From Octopus sinensis (Eukaryota): a DNA stretch of 64,000 bases. The position numbers were made by a program, and so were the translations under genes. The DNA lies in NCBI RefSeq assembly GCF_006345805.1, contig NC_042999.1, forward strand, positions 60,140,001 to 60,204,000, in the 5' to 3' direction. The stretch's first letter is position 1; every line of letters starts with the position of its first letter. Under the pieces are notes generated by a model that searched no databases, was not told where the DNA came from, and saw only the letters and a list, made by a program, of their open reading frames with translations. This document shows positions 1-14,482 of the stretch, in pieces.

Positions 1-45
1 GTGCGATGCAAACAGACCAAGATATTTATCGAAATAATTAAACAT

Positions 46-192
46 AGGCGCAGAATTGGCTGTGTGGTAAGTAACTTGCTTACCAACCACATGGTTCTGG
101 GTTCAATCCCACTGCGTGGCAATTTGGGAAAGTATCTTCTTCTATAGCCTTGTGAGTGGATTTGGTAGACAGAAACTGAAAGAAGCCCGTCG

Positions 193-241
<49 letters not shown>

Positions 242-452
242 TTCTTTGTGTGTCTGTGTTTGTCCCCTCCCCCAACATCGCTTGACAACCGATGCTGGTG
301 TGTTTACGTCCCCGTAACTTAGCGGTTCGGCAAAAGACACCGATAGAATAAGTACTAGGCTTACAAAGAATAAGTTCTGCGGTCAATTTGTTCCACTAAA
401 AGTGGTGCTCCAGCATGGCCGCAGTCAAATGACTGAAACAAGTAAAAGAGTA
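46..452 (+). mobile_element. SINE family A (tRNA-like head, internal TA/TG microsatellite, conserved 3' tail), full-length copy
   Basis: Head GGCGCAG..TGGCTGTGTGGTAAG...GGGTTCAATCCCACTGCGTGGCA (A/B-box-like) and tail ...GCAGTCAAATGACTGAAACAAGTAAAAGAG; the same sequence recurs more than 10 times in the window on both strands. Confidence 0.85.
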
Positions 453-465
453 TTGCAACGAAGCA

Positions 466-815
466 TATAATAATAATGATAATATTATTATTATTGAGAG
501 AGGGAGCAGTGCATGCCATCAAAGTGACACTGGGGTAAAATATACGAAGCTCAGTATACCCATCATGACTACCCGTCTGATAAGGGTACACTAGGCACAT
601 GCATCACAGCCATATGTGCACGACATAGTGATCTCATACCAAGATAAACAGCACATGAACTTGCAGGTGGCACCCAGTTAAAATTTTCTTCTGGTCGAAT
701 AACCTATCCCGCTCAAAAGGTCCCTGAATAAGGGTTGTTCAAGGATTTTGAACGAAACACCCATGTTTCCAGAGGTGAATTATTCAAACCCCAAAGAATT
801 TCTCTCAACACATGA
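466..815 (-). repeat. Interspersed repeat family D with (AAT)n tail (probable non-autonomous retroposon or LINE 3' end)
   Basis: Near-identical sequence at 16308-16860 (-) and tail fragments at 11349-11445 and 11866-11960 (+), always ending in (AAT)n. Confidence 0.7.
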
Positions 816-819
816 CTAT

Positions 820-1205
820 GGTACTGGTGGCCGACCCTATAAAAAGCTTTCGACTGATCAAAATTGAGTAGGGGCCCACCCATGCTAGGTTCCTTACCTA
901 CCTTCTCTATGATGTAGCGCATGAGGTGGAGGTTATCGTGGACAGTTGTGTTCGAGATAGCGCATGTCTACGCGTCACCATCCAACTCATCGACGACAAT
1001 CACCAACCTCTTGGCTAACTCCTTAGCCAAAATCTTATAATCTGCATTCAACAGAGTTATAGGTCTAAAATTATCAGTTTTTTCCCTCTTGATCGGGTCC
1101 TTCCTCAACAGCATCACCACCCCACGGCTCACAGCACTGGGAATTCTCCTATTCTGCTGCCAGGTGTTGTAAACGTCTGTCAAGAGACCACCGAACAAGT
1201 CTGAC
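820..1205 (-). mobile_element. Tx1/L1-clade LINE reverse transcriptase fragment (degenerate)
   Basis: ORF 968..1372 contains LLRKDP..DNFRPITLLNADYKILAKELAKRL; ORF 713..922 contains LLNFDQSKAFYRVGHQY. Both are N-terminal RT motifs of the L1/Tx1 clade. Confidence 0.8.
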
Positions 1206-1209
1206 ATAT

Positions 1210-1492
1210 GAAAGTAAAGCTCGAAGAGCAGACCATCAGTCACCACCACCACCACGGAGGTATGAGCAAGTGTGTCCTTGGGAACAGTATCAGAAGGCAT
1301 CAAGAGAAATACAAAGGAAATTGGAATAGAGTGCCCAGTAGAACTGTTACAAAAGGTTTGCCTCCTTGGCACGACCAGAATAATCAGGAAAGTATTAGCT
1401 GAAAAGAGCGAATAGCATGGTACCGCAGGTTGCAGGTAGTAAGCCCGCTACACATGGAAGTTCCAACAGAACCTGTGTTAAAGAGAAAATAG

Positions 1493-1530
<38 letters not shown>
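1210..1530 (+). mobile_element. R4/Dong-clade LINE 3' end with (AAT)n tail
   Basis: A frame not in the track reads LGTVSEGIKRNTKEIGIECPVELLQKVCLLGTTRIIRKVLAE, the typical R4/Dong C-terminus; a short 3' UTR runs into (AAT)n. Confidence 0.75.
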
Positions 1531-1565
<35 letters not shown>

Positions 1566-1589
1566 ATGATGATGATGATAATAATAATT

Positions 1590-3362
1590 CTGAAATGTCA
1601 AATAAAAATAGAAATGAGAATGGCGAGAATGAAACTGGAACACCATGTGAAGGTTTCTCTCGCCCGACAGGTGCCCCTCGCGTGAGCAGCGTGCGACCAT
1701 TCGTCATCAAGCGACTGCTAAAAGAAGGATGAAAGAAATAAATGTGATTTTAAAGGAGTGATACCTTCTGGGTAATCCGAGAAATGACAACGAAGTACCC
1801 GCTAGGGGATATAGAAAAAGAATGTACAGGGCATGGAGTGACAGAGGCCCATTTGAATTAAGTGAACAAAATCTGTGTGACCAAGCTAGAGAAATCAGAA
1901 AGAATGAATGGTTATCTTCAGTTGAACTAGAAAGCATTAAGAGACGGGTGCTTAGGGATAGTAAGACTAGCGGTGAACGGAAGGATGAGGAAGAGAATGC
2001 AGATAGCAAAATTATGGCAGAGGAGTTAAAGGAAGAAAACGAAGATGAGGCTAAGAATATTGATCAGGAAAGCGATGAGAGAACTGAGGAGCAGATATCC
2101 GTTATAAAATGAAATGATTGATATTTGGATCTCTGGTGAACAGAACTTTCATACGGGATTTAAAAGAGTAGAGAGAAAGAAATTCAATGAATTGGTCAGG
2201 AAGATAAATGATATCACAGGCGATATCAGGACTGACAACATCACAGATACCAACAATCTGATAAATGCAAACTCGATCTTTATAGCCCGGAAGCTAGGTT
2301 TGAAAGCCAAAGGTAAATGTCAATATAACTTGAAGGAACCGTGGTGGTAAAGGAGAATAACGCAGTCTATTAACGAGAGCTGAAAGCATATTAATATTCT
2401 GGAACGGAAAAAGAGAAATGAAGTTCAGCGAGAGAAATATGTTGAGCTAGAGAGGAAGTATAGGGTGAAAAGAAAAGGGATTAGTGTTGTGATTGAGGAA
2501 TTGAAACAGAAGTTGAAAGCTAAAGCACATAAACTAAAGGGATGTGAAAAGAGAATTGAGCAGTACAAATTAAACAGACTTTTCGGACAATATCAGGAAC
2601 GAATCTATCAGGAACTGGATGGGAAAGAAAAAGGGGAAAAAGCCGTGCCGGATGCTGAAGAAAGTAAAAGATTCTGGTCAAACAAATTGTCCCAGGAGAA
2701 ACAGCACGAAACTGAAGCAGAGTGGTTAAAGAGTCTCAAAGAGGAGAGTGGAGAGTATCAGCAGGAGGATTTGAGAATAACCGAGGAGAGGATTAGAGAT
2801 CAGTGCAGGGAAATTCCTAACTGGAAAGCGCATGACCCAGATGGGGTTCAGAGCATTTGGCTTGAAAACTTGACAGCTCTGCACAGGAGAATTGCGAGAC
2901 AGATGAACGAAATACTGATTAGTGACATCCACGTACAGGTCTGGATGACAAAAGGAAGAACGGTACTATGCCAGAAGGACCCGAGTAAAGGAAATGCGGT
3001 TGGAGTCTTCCGACCTATATCTTGTTTGCTACTGATGTGGAAACTGACGACAGGCATCATATCAAACTCCACCTGTAAGTACTTAAAGGAGAACGACCTA
3101 CTACCAGTGGAACAAAAGGGGTGTAGACGTAAGAGTAGAGGAACGAAGGATCAATTACTATCCTGGCTGATTGTAAGAAGAGACAAAAATTTGGCGATGG
3201 CATGGATGGACTATAGGAAAGCATATGGCATGGTTCCACACTCATGGATTATTGAATGTCTTAAATTGCTTAAGGTCTCCCACAATATCCTGAAGTTAAT
3301 ACAAAACTCAAACACAACGTGGCGAACTTAACTCGCAGCATGGGGAGATAAGCTGGGACAGG
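1590..3362 (+). mobile_element. R4/Dong-clade LINE, 5' region plus RT N-terminal half, 3'-truncated, with stops and frameshifts
   Basis: ORFs 1822..2112, 2114..2350 and 2465..3331: GYRKRMYRAW...LCDQAREIRKNEWLS; NWKAHDPDGVQ..W; FRPISCL; EQKGCRRKSRGTKDQLL; AWMDYRKAYGMVPHSW. Starts directly after an (AAT)/(GAT) tract. Confidence 0.9.
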
Positions 3363-3516
3363 TAAACGTCACTTCCGTGCCTTTAGTGTTTATCTCTAAC
3401 GTGTTATGAATTTCTGGAAATTATTCAAAAGCCCCAGCTCAAAAGTTGAGCGGAACAGATTACCTAAAGGATTTTCTTCGACGTTAGGCCCTCTTCGAGA
3501 AGGTCGCCGCACTTAC

Positions 3517-3544
3517 CTGTCACCAACACTCTATAGAACGTCAT
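3517..3544 (-). CDS. Candidate first coding exon of a host gene (MTFYRVLVT-G, phase-1 intron); possibly an NAD(P)-binding extended SDR/epimerase
   Basis: Minus strand CAACC-ATG ACG TTC TAT AGA GTG TTG GTG ACA G|GTAAGT: strong start context and consensus donor, with TCAGTC and CCAAT just upstream, in a non-repetitive, CpG-richer island. No downstream exon found. Confidence 0.35.
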
Positions 3545-3654
3545 GGTTGAACTTCGACTGACTGTATTGGCCAACTAGCAGAAGGCTGTGAGTATCTCAC
3601 TATACTTTAGGTGCCAAGCAGCCTCCCTTGGTCTACGCTTTCTCCACGAGTGGA

Positions 3655-3982
3655 GAAATGAGAACGGCGTGAATGAGGCTGGAACACCATGTGAAGGTCT
3701 CTCTCGCCCGATAGGTGCCCCTCGCGTGAGCAGCGTGGGACCAGTCGTCATCAAGCAACTTCTAAAAGAAGGACGAAAGAAATAAATGTGATTTTAAAGG
3801 AGTGATACTTTCTGGGTAATCCGAGAAATGAAAAACGAAGTACCCGCTAGTGGATATAGAAAAAGAATGCACAGGGCATGGAGTGACAGAGGCCCATTTG
3901 AATAAAGTGAACAAAATCTGTGTGACCAAGCTAGAGGAATCAGAAAGAATGAATGGTTATCTTCAGTTGAACTAGAAAGCAT
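3655..3982 (+). mobile_element. Second fragment of the same R4/Dong 5' region
   Basis: High identity to about 1615-1940; ORF 3794..3982 mirrors ORF 1707..2009. Confidence 0.85.
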
Positions 3983-4354
3983 GTCAAAGAGTTATATGGA
4001 ACTAGCAAGCATATAACTCCTGCAGATCTTATCAAGTTGAATTATACACGATATGCCACGAATACTTTTAAGATCCGATACTACTAAGACATACATTCCT
4101 TTACGTCAAAGAACAGAAAGAACTTCTAATCTCAGTCACGATTCGCTTCAAATTAAGAGATAGCAGAATCAAAGGTATACACTTAATATAAAGCATCATA
4201 GATATACTAATATACTAATGGCATTAGGAATGTAAATTGTGTTTACCTGAGCTGTCCCAAATACTTAAAAATAAACAAAATCGGAAGATTCTAGATCTTG
4301 TCTATATGACGCCACCAATGATCATTTCGTTTGGATAATTTTGTAGAGAATATT

Positions 4355-4668
4355 GCTTGTTGTTTTGTTTGTTCCTTCTCGAGCCACGCCAGGCTAATAA
4401 GGGCTGGTTTCCCGGTTTCCTTGGCGTATAGGTTCCTCACCTGGACGGGACACCGGTCCGTCGCAGGTGAACTGCAAGATGCAGGAGGAAAGAATGAGAG
4501 AAAGTTGTGGTGAAAGAGTCAGCAGAAGTTCGCCATTAACTTTTGCCGGAGCCGCGTGGAGCTTAGGTGTTTCGCTCATAAGCACACACATCGCCCGGTC
4601 TGAGATTCGAACCCGCGATCCCTCGACCGCGAGCCCGCTGCTCTAACCACTAGGCCATGTGCATCCGC
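4355..4668 (-). mobile_element. SINE family C (tRNA-Arg-like head), tail type 1
   Basis: Minus strand TGGCCTAGTGGTTAGAGC (A box) ... GGTTCGAATC (B box); tail GCGACGGACCGGTGTCCCGTCCAGG...GAAACCGGGAAACC shared with the SINE at 35268. Confidence 0.8.
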
Positions 4669-5028
4669 CTGTAAAGAATATACAGAATTTAAAAACACTT
4701 CAATATTTCTGAAAGGGAAATTTCGAAACGAAAGAGAGTAGTATCCCCTGGTTTTCCTTTATAAAAGATTATGTTCAGCTAAGAGTAGTAACGGAACTCG
4801 CCAGGGTATCACGCAACCTTCTGTCGTATTTTCCCCGCTAGGTGAGTCAACTCAACTGATTTCTCATTAACACTATTAATTTATATTGAAGTCGCTTAAA
4901 GGACCGCACGTGACGAGAAACTCCAAGCAGCAGCAGATTGAACTATGAACTGCAGTTTTATATTACCACACACACACACAAGCATTAATATAATAATATA
5001 TGATTATACATATGAATATATATATGTA

Positions 5029-5129
<101 letters not shown>

Positions 5130-5228
5130 GAATGAGTACACAAACACACATACACATACACATGCGCATACATACGCACACAAATGTGTGTTTATGCTTG
5201 TGTGAATAAATGCATATGTGTACGTGAC

Positions 5229-5275
<47 letters not shown>

Positions 5276-5761
5276 AAAGGATTTTTATGTATTTCGCTTG
5301 AAAACTTTTCCAAGTTCCTTACGTCCACTACGTGACTGACATTAATGAGAGAATTCAAGAGCAGGAATGAAACGAATATCTAACAGTCAATCTAGTATAG
5401 GGAGAAGTTCATAAGAAATACATATTCCGTTGTGTTATGCTTACTCGCCCGTAAATCTAATAAGAGCAAAACCTTTGGAAACGTAAATAATTGTTATTTG
5501 CATGTGGTGTCATTTAAAGTGTTGGTGATAGACTAACTCGGTTGTACGACTGAGCTTGGCTGCTCGCCAGATGTTATCAAGGTTATTAAAGTTAGAATGG
5601 AAAGGAGAGAAAAAAAAATGTTAACGGTTAGGAAAGAAATACAGAAAAATAGGAGATAAAACGGGATGAGATAGAGAAAGAAAAAGATAAACGCGTGTGT
5701 AAATACGATACACGTGTGTGTGTATGTTATGCATATACATACATAAATGCATATATATATA

Positions 5762-5812
<51 letters not shown>

Positions 5813-5903
5813 AATATATGTATATACATTCAATTATATAGATATATAATTCCCTCTCTCTCTCTCATATATATATAATTATTTACATACATATATATAT
5901 AAA

Positions 5904-5985
<82 letters not shown>

Positions 5986-6053
5986 TATAATATATATATA
6001 TGTGTATATATATGTGTATATATACAGATATATATATATATACATATATATAT

Positions 6054-6100
<47 letters not shown>

Positions 6101-6125
6101 CATACATACATACACACACACACAC

Positions 6126-6209
<84 letters not shown>

Positions 6210-6554
6210 GTACATGTAACGTGATAACTAAGCGGAAATTAAGGGAATATGAGAAGCGCCAATGATAGAATGACAAGAGGGAAATGTTTGAGCGAGTCAA
6301 TGAAAAAAATGTAAGCCTCTATATAAGAAGAATAAGTGAAAAGGCGTGAAAAACGGCGAGGATGATATGAAAAGACACCGGGGAAATTGGAAGGGAAAAG
6401 AAAGGTTAACAACGACCAAAAGAGATTGCTAATTATATAAGACAGGGAGGAAAGAAGATGTGTTTGCAAAAATGGAGGCCGAGAAAGAGTAGAGATATAA
6501 AGCGAGAAGTTATGAGAATAGAAGAATACATGAATGTTCGTCTTTTTTCTTGTA

Positions 6555-7113
6555 AAGGTATTCTTCTCTACTCTAGGCACAAAGCCCGAATTTTTGGAGA
6601 GGGGGGGGCAATCGATTAGATCGACCCCAGTACGCTAATGTACTTAATTTATCGACCCCGAAATGATGAAAGGCAAAGTCGACCCCGGCGGAATTTGAAC
6701 ACACAACGTAACGACGGGAGAAATACCTATTTCTTTACTACCCACAAGGAGCTAAACACAGAGAGGACAAACAAGGACAGACAAACGGATTAAGTACTTA
6801 TTTAATCGACCCGGAAAGGGTGAAAGGCAAACTCGGCCTCGGCGGAATTTGAACTCAGAACGTAGCGGCAGACGAAATACCTATTTCTTTATTACCCACA
6901 AGGGGCTAAACACAGAGGAGACAAACAAGGACAGACATAGGTATTAAGTCGATTACATCGACCCCAGTGCGTAACTGGTACTTAATTTATCGACCCCGAA
7001 AGGATGAAAGGCAAAGTCGACCTCGGCGGAATTTGAACTCACAACGTAACGCAGACGAAATACCGCTAAGCATTTCGCCCGGTGTGCTAACGTTTCTGCC
7101 AGCTCGCCGCCTT
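6555..7113 (-). mobile_element. SINE family B with three internal tandem units
   Basis: Head GGCGGCGAGCTGGCAGAAACGTTAGCAC; unit GTTCTGAGTTCAAATTCCGCCGAGGTCGACTTTGCCTTTCATCCTTTCGGGGTCGAT occurs three times. Confidence 0.85.
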
Positions 7114-7117
7114 TTTT

Positions 7118-7330
7118 CTTACTCCTTTACTTGTTTCAGTCATTTGACTGTGGCCATGCTGGAGCACCGCATTTAGTCGAGCAAATCGACCCCAGGACTT
7201 ATTCTTTGTAAGCTTAGTACTTATTCTATCTGTCTCTTTTGCCGAACTGCTAAGTTACGTGGACGTAAACACACGAGCATCGGTTGTCAAGCGATGTTGG
7301 GGGACAAACCCAGACACACAAACATATACA
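7118..7330 (-). mobile_element. SINE family A, tail half
   Basis: Matches the family A tail. Confidence 0.8.
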
Positions 7331-7334
7331 CACG

Positions 7335-8165
7335 GTCCTTCAACGATCATGCCGATTGATTTCCATAAGTTTTCTATCGGATATAAAGCCAGGGTTTATA
7401 AAGGTTACTCAGCACTCAAATGCTTTTGCTTTTGCTAATTTTTTTGTTTATTCCTGAGATATGTTTCGATAGTTAAGTTGCTGGAAATTCAAAACCAGTT
7501 CAAATCATCCTTTCCATATAGGAACATGGTCTTCGCAAAGATCTCAAGATAGGTTTTAATATTAACGAAACCTTTACCATAAATCATAGAAGCGACTATT
7601 TTACCAGATAAGACGCTCCAAACAGTAACTTTCATAATTCCAGGCTTAAGTCTTGGATCCTTGAATGCTGGATGGAACTCTTCTGTATGACGCGGATGTA
7701 CACTCAGCTATCAAAGCTGAACAATTTAGATCAGGCTTATATCAGACCATAAGATATTCTGCTTCTTTTATGACAGCCAGTTCTCATCTCCCTGAGCGAC
7801 CTGAATGCAAAGCATGCTATTTTCCCACAGAAAACGACTGACATCTCACATACCTAAACAACTTCAGTCGATTTACAATGGTAATAACATCAAACTACAA
7901 AAGGCATTTCGGTCGACCGACGTTCGAGGTAACAACTGCGCTCATCTTACTATTTCTACATCGACAAGCAATGAACTTATCGTTCCATCTTTTCATAAGA
8001 TTTTTTTCCAAGTTGACATGAGAGATGATGTTGAGAATAACCACCATTGAAAATGTCCACAAGATGGCGGACTTCCAACTTTAGCAGCTGCAACTAGCCA
8101 AATCCATTTCAAATTATTCAGTTTAACAATATGCGATCACTTCTCTGGTAAAATTTTCATTTAAC
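7335..8165 (-). pseudogene. Degenerate Tc1/mariner transposase remnant
   Basis: Minus-strand frames give VGRPK, GIMKVTVWSVLSGK...GFVNIKTYLEIF and LYPIENLWKSI (compare the SPDLNPIENLW motif); many stops. Confidence 0.65.
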
Positions 8166-8747
8166 AATGGCCATATATTTCACGATGATATAATCAAATA
8201 GTTATCATTTAAAAAGAATATAATACACAATATCAAAATTAGAATAATTTTTTTCCTGAAACATTCTTAAATTACGTGACGTTAATTAATGTGGCTTTAT
8301 TATTATTGTTCATCAACGGGATTATGCCAATTAAAATCTTCGTGTTTAAACTTAAATTATTTAAAAGACTAGAAAATTCTCCTTTTAGTTTATATATAGT
8401 TTGAATGGTAAGTGATTAAATAAACGGAAATAATTAAGTTAATCATCAGCATATTCATGTCTTTATCAAAGTGACGTCACTGGGAATGTGTGTGTGTATG
8501 TGTGTGTGTGTATAAACAATATAAGAATACTTACATATTGCCTGAATATGTGAATGTGTGTGCTGACTGCGTTTTCTTGTGTGAACTGTATATATAGGAG
8601 CCCGCGGTGAAATATATCTGCATGTGTATGTTTATCTATTTATATATATATGTTTGTGTGTTTCTAATTAAATGCATATCTGTCAGAACTGAATACGTAT
8701 ATACACACATACACACATGCACAAACGCACACACACACACACACACA

Positions 8748-8792
<45 letters not shown>

Positions 8793-8819
8793 CATTTATA
8801 TGTGTATTCAGCGAACATA

Positions 8820-9152
8820 CTCTTTTACTTGTTTCAGTCATTTGACTGCGGCCATGCTGGAGCACTGCATTTAGTTGAGTAAATCGACCCCAGGACTTAT
8901 TCTTTGGAAGCCTAGTACTTATTCTATCGCCGATGTTGGGGCGACAAACAAAGATACACAAACACACACACACACACACACATGTATATATATACGACGG
9001 GCTTCTTTCAGTTTCCGTCTACCAAATCCACTCACAAGGCTTTGGTTGGCCCGAGGCTATGGTAGAAGACACTTGCCCAAGGTGCCACGCAGTGGGAATG
9101 AACTCGGAACCATGTGTTGGCAAGCAAGCTACTTACCACACAGCCACTCCTA
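8820..9152 (-). mobile_element. SINE family A (internal deletion in tail)
   Basis: Matches the family A head and tail. Confidence 0.8.
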
Positions 9153-10210
9153 CATATATATATATATATGTATGTATGTATGTGTGTGTGTGATTGTATG
9201 CATGTATGTAAGTTTATGTGTGTATGTGTGTTGAATACACACAATATCAGTGTGTTGCATAAATATACGTTTACGTCTACGCTGAATATTTAAGCAAATG
9301 CGATCTATAGTAATTCGTTTATATGGAAACGCTCTCTATCGATTTAATATGCAGAACACAGACATTTATATGTAGTCCAATCTGATTCTGTTGATGGTTC
9401 TGCTGCTGCTACTACTGCTGCTGCTGCTGCTGCTGATGATGATGATGACGATAATCGTGGTCTTTTTTTTTTACACCAGCATCATCATCATCACAAACTC
9501 AAATAATTTGTACTGTGTTTTCATCGGAGACTTAAGTAAGAAATAGATCAGTTTCACTACGGTTTTATGCTAAATTTCGCTAGGTGAACATTAGGTCAAT
9601 CAGAAATGTAAATCAAAACATCTATTTTCATTGCACAAATGCTATCTACGTTATCTTTTCTATATATATATATTTTTTTCTCTTTCATTGGTAAAAAAAA
9701 AATAAATAAATAAATAATGCTTTCAGATAAATTTCCAATCTAAAACGTAGAATCAGTATGGGATTTAGGTATAGCATTGATGTTCATATTAATGCTCCCC
9801 TTTTAGCTCGTAACAATAAAACACGTATTTGGAGAAAATATACTCAGGTTTCATTTTCGATCGCAGCAACATAAACAAAAAAAAAAAGGAAAAAAAAAAG
9901 AAAAGAAAACACAAATAAAACATATAAACAAAATGGCAAACATTTGACTTTCAGGACTTTGATCCTGGAATCGCATACAAAAGCATGACAATATGGCTAA
10001 AGTATATAAAACTATATACACTTATATATATATATGCACCAACTTAATCACAATTGCTCGAGTAAGTATGCTTTATGTTGTAGATGTATGCGTAATATGT
10101 GTGTATGCGTTACGTATCTATGTATGCTGTTGTATGTATGAATGTGTTTTGTATGTATGGACATATTTATGTATTGTGCTTTATGTATGAATGCACATAT
10201 ATATATAAAC

Positions 10211-10303
<93 letters not shown>

Positions 10304-10469
10304 GTATGTATGCATTATTATGTGTGGTGTGTGCATCATGTATGTATTATATGTATATTTGTAAGTGGGTGTACATATATTTGGGTCTGTGTTTAGTTGC
10401 GTCAATATATTTTACATATTTACATTTTACGGAGTCTAGATACGAGGCATGCACACTTACGGATTCATA

Positions 10470-10518
<49 letters not shown>

Positions 10519-10841
10519 ACATGCACACACATACTCACATGCAATGCTGATAAATGAGTTTCTCGGCATAGTGTGGCATAAAGGTCCACATTTATCTATC
10601 TACGAATGTCAAAGTACATTTACATGTATATTGTATATTCTTGTACCTATGAGAGAGCGTAAGAGATAGATAGAGGGAGAGAGAGAGAGAGAGAGTGTGA
10701 GTGAGGTGTGAGAGAGAAAGAATGAAAGGGACATGAGGAAACAGAACCTGAGTCAAAGCGAAATAAATGTGGAGAAAAGTAGATAGTAAAATAAATGTAC
10801 GTGTGTGTATGTGTATGTTAGAGATACCGGGTAAAAGAGCG

Positions 10842-10887
<46 letters not shown>

Positions 10888-11203
10888 GGGGGAGGACAAA
10901 GAGGGAGACAGAGAATGAATAAAAGTCAGCCATATTAATAAAAGTCCTAGGGAAACAAGCATCCGGCACATATGAACGCAACGAAAGAGACGTGTGGTAA
11001 TGAGAACAAACTAAATAAATAAATTCTGAAATGCAAACTTGATACATCAAACAGATTAGCTGCCACTTTATATTAGTGCTCGAGATAACAGGTCAGTGAT
11101 TGGTCAAGATAAATAGATGGCAGGCATGCGATTATGTCGTGTCATAAGGTACAGTGTATATACATATATATATACGTACAAACACACACACATCAGGCAG
11201 ACA

Positions 11204-11235
<32 letters not shown>

Positions 11236-11264
11236 ATATTACTACTACTACTACCACAACAACA

Positions 11265-11329
<65 letters not shown>

Positions 11330-11334
<5 letters not shown>

Positions 11335-11442
11335 TTAATATTAATAATATGCTATACCCCCATCAGACGGGTAGTCATGATGGATATACTTCGTATATTT
11401 TACCCCAGTGTCACTTTGATGGCATGCACCGCTCTCTCACGC

Positions 11443-11473
<31 letters not shown>

Positions 11474-11722
11474 TTAAATATTACTTTTACTATAGGCACA
11501 AGGGACTAGTCGATTACATCGGCCCCCAGTGTTTCATTGGTACTTAATTTATCGACCCCGAAAGGATGAAAGGTAAAGTCGGAATTTGAACTCGGATCGT
11601 AAAGACAAAGGAAATGCCGCTGACCCCTTTTCTCCGACGTACTAACGATTCTGCCAGTTCGCCGCCTCAGTAATAATAATAATAATGATAATAATAATAA
11701 TAATAATGATAATAATAATAAC

Positions 11723-11753
<31 letters not shown>

Positions 11754-11959
11754 TAATATTAATAATAATATAATAATAATAATAATACTAAATATAATAA
11801 TAATATTAATAATAATAATAATAATAATATAATAATAATATAATAATAATATTAATATTAATAATATGCTATACCCCCATCAGACGGGTAGTCATGATGG
11901 ATATACTTCGTATATTTTACCCCAGTGTCACTTTGATGGCATGCACCGCTCTCTCACGC

Positions 11960-11990
<31 letters not shown>

Positions 11991-12239
11991 TTAAATATTA
12001 CTTTTACTATAGGCACAAGGGACTAGTCGATTACATCGGCCCCCAGTGTTTCATTGGTACTTAATTTATCGACCCCGAAAGGATGAAAGGTAAAGTCGGA
12101 ATTTGAACTCGGATCGTAAAGACAAAGGAAATGCCGCTGACCCCTTTTCTCCGACGTACTAACGATTCTGCCAGTTCGCCGCCTCAGTAATAATAATAAT
12201 AATGATAATAATAATAATAATAATGATAATAATAATAAC

Positions 12240-12276
<37 letters not shown>

Positions 12277-12306
12277 TTAATAATAATATAATAATAATAA
12301 TACTAA

Positions 12307-12330
<24 letters not shown>
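11330..12330. repeat. Near-perfect tandem duplication, period about 517 bp, bounded by (AAT)n tracts
   Basis: ATGCTATACCCCC at 11349 and 11866; each unit is family D tail + (AAT)n + family B fragment + (AAT)n; identical ORFs 11506..11724 and the end of 12023..12517. Confidence 0.9.
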
Positions 12331-12340
<10 letters not shown>

Positions 12341-12344
12341 GTAA

Positions 12345-12388
<44 letters not shown>

Positions 12389-12489
12389 TAATAATAATAA
12401 ATAATAATAATAATATAATATAATAATAATAATAATAATAATAATATTAGTAATAATAATAATAATAATGGGTGACATTTTAAAAAAAG

Positions 12490-13990
<1,501 letters not shown>

Positions 13991-14482
13991 TCCGATAGTC
14001 TAAAAAGCACCGAGTGCATAAATAATGTTACAGGAAGTAAATAAACAGATGAAAAAATAACAAAAAAAAAAATCTTCCTCCAGAAGAGCAGAAATATACA
14101 ATAAAGGATTATTTAGTTATAACCGAAAACTGCAAGATGAGAGAGAATGGTTTCAATATAATATGGATTGATATATTCCATAAATGTGGATTCTGGAAAT
14201 ATTAGCTAAGACTAAAAGTACCAATAGAAATAAGATACTCGAAATATGTCACCGTCGATACAAATATAAATAAGAAGAGGACTCATATGTAGTGTATATA
14301 GTAGGCTAATTTAGCTTTTTCTTCGTCGATTGAAATAAATGACGAACAGCCTGAATCAATTTTCGAACCTTATTGAACTCTCATCAGAGGCGTCTACATC
14401 AGTTTGACTAATTGCAGAGAAATAAGCAGTTAAATCCGTTTATACACTCAACAGTTACAGTAGCTAGAAAAATCTAATTTGC

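Noticed and set aside
4590-4668. tRNA genes (also 23575-23650, 33420-33495, 35257-35330)
   Set aside because: A/B boxes are present but the acceptor stems do not close and each continues into a SINE body; these are tRNA-derived heads.
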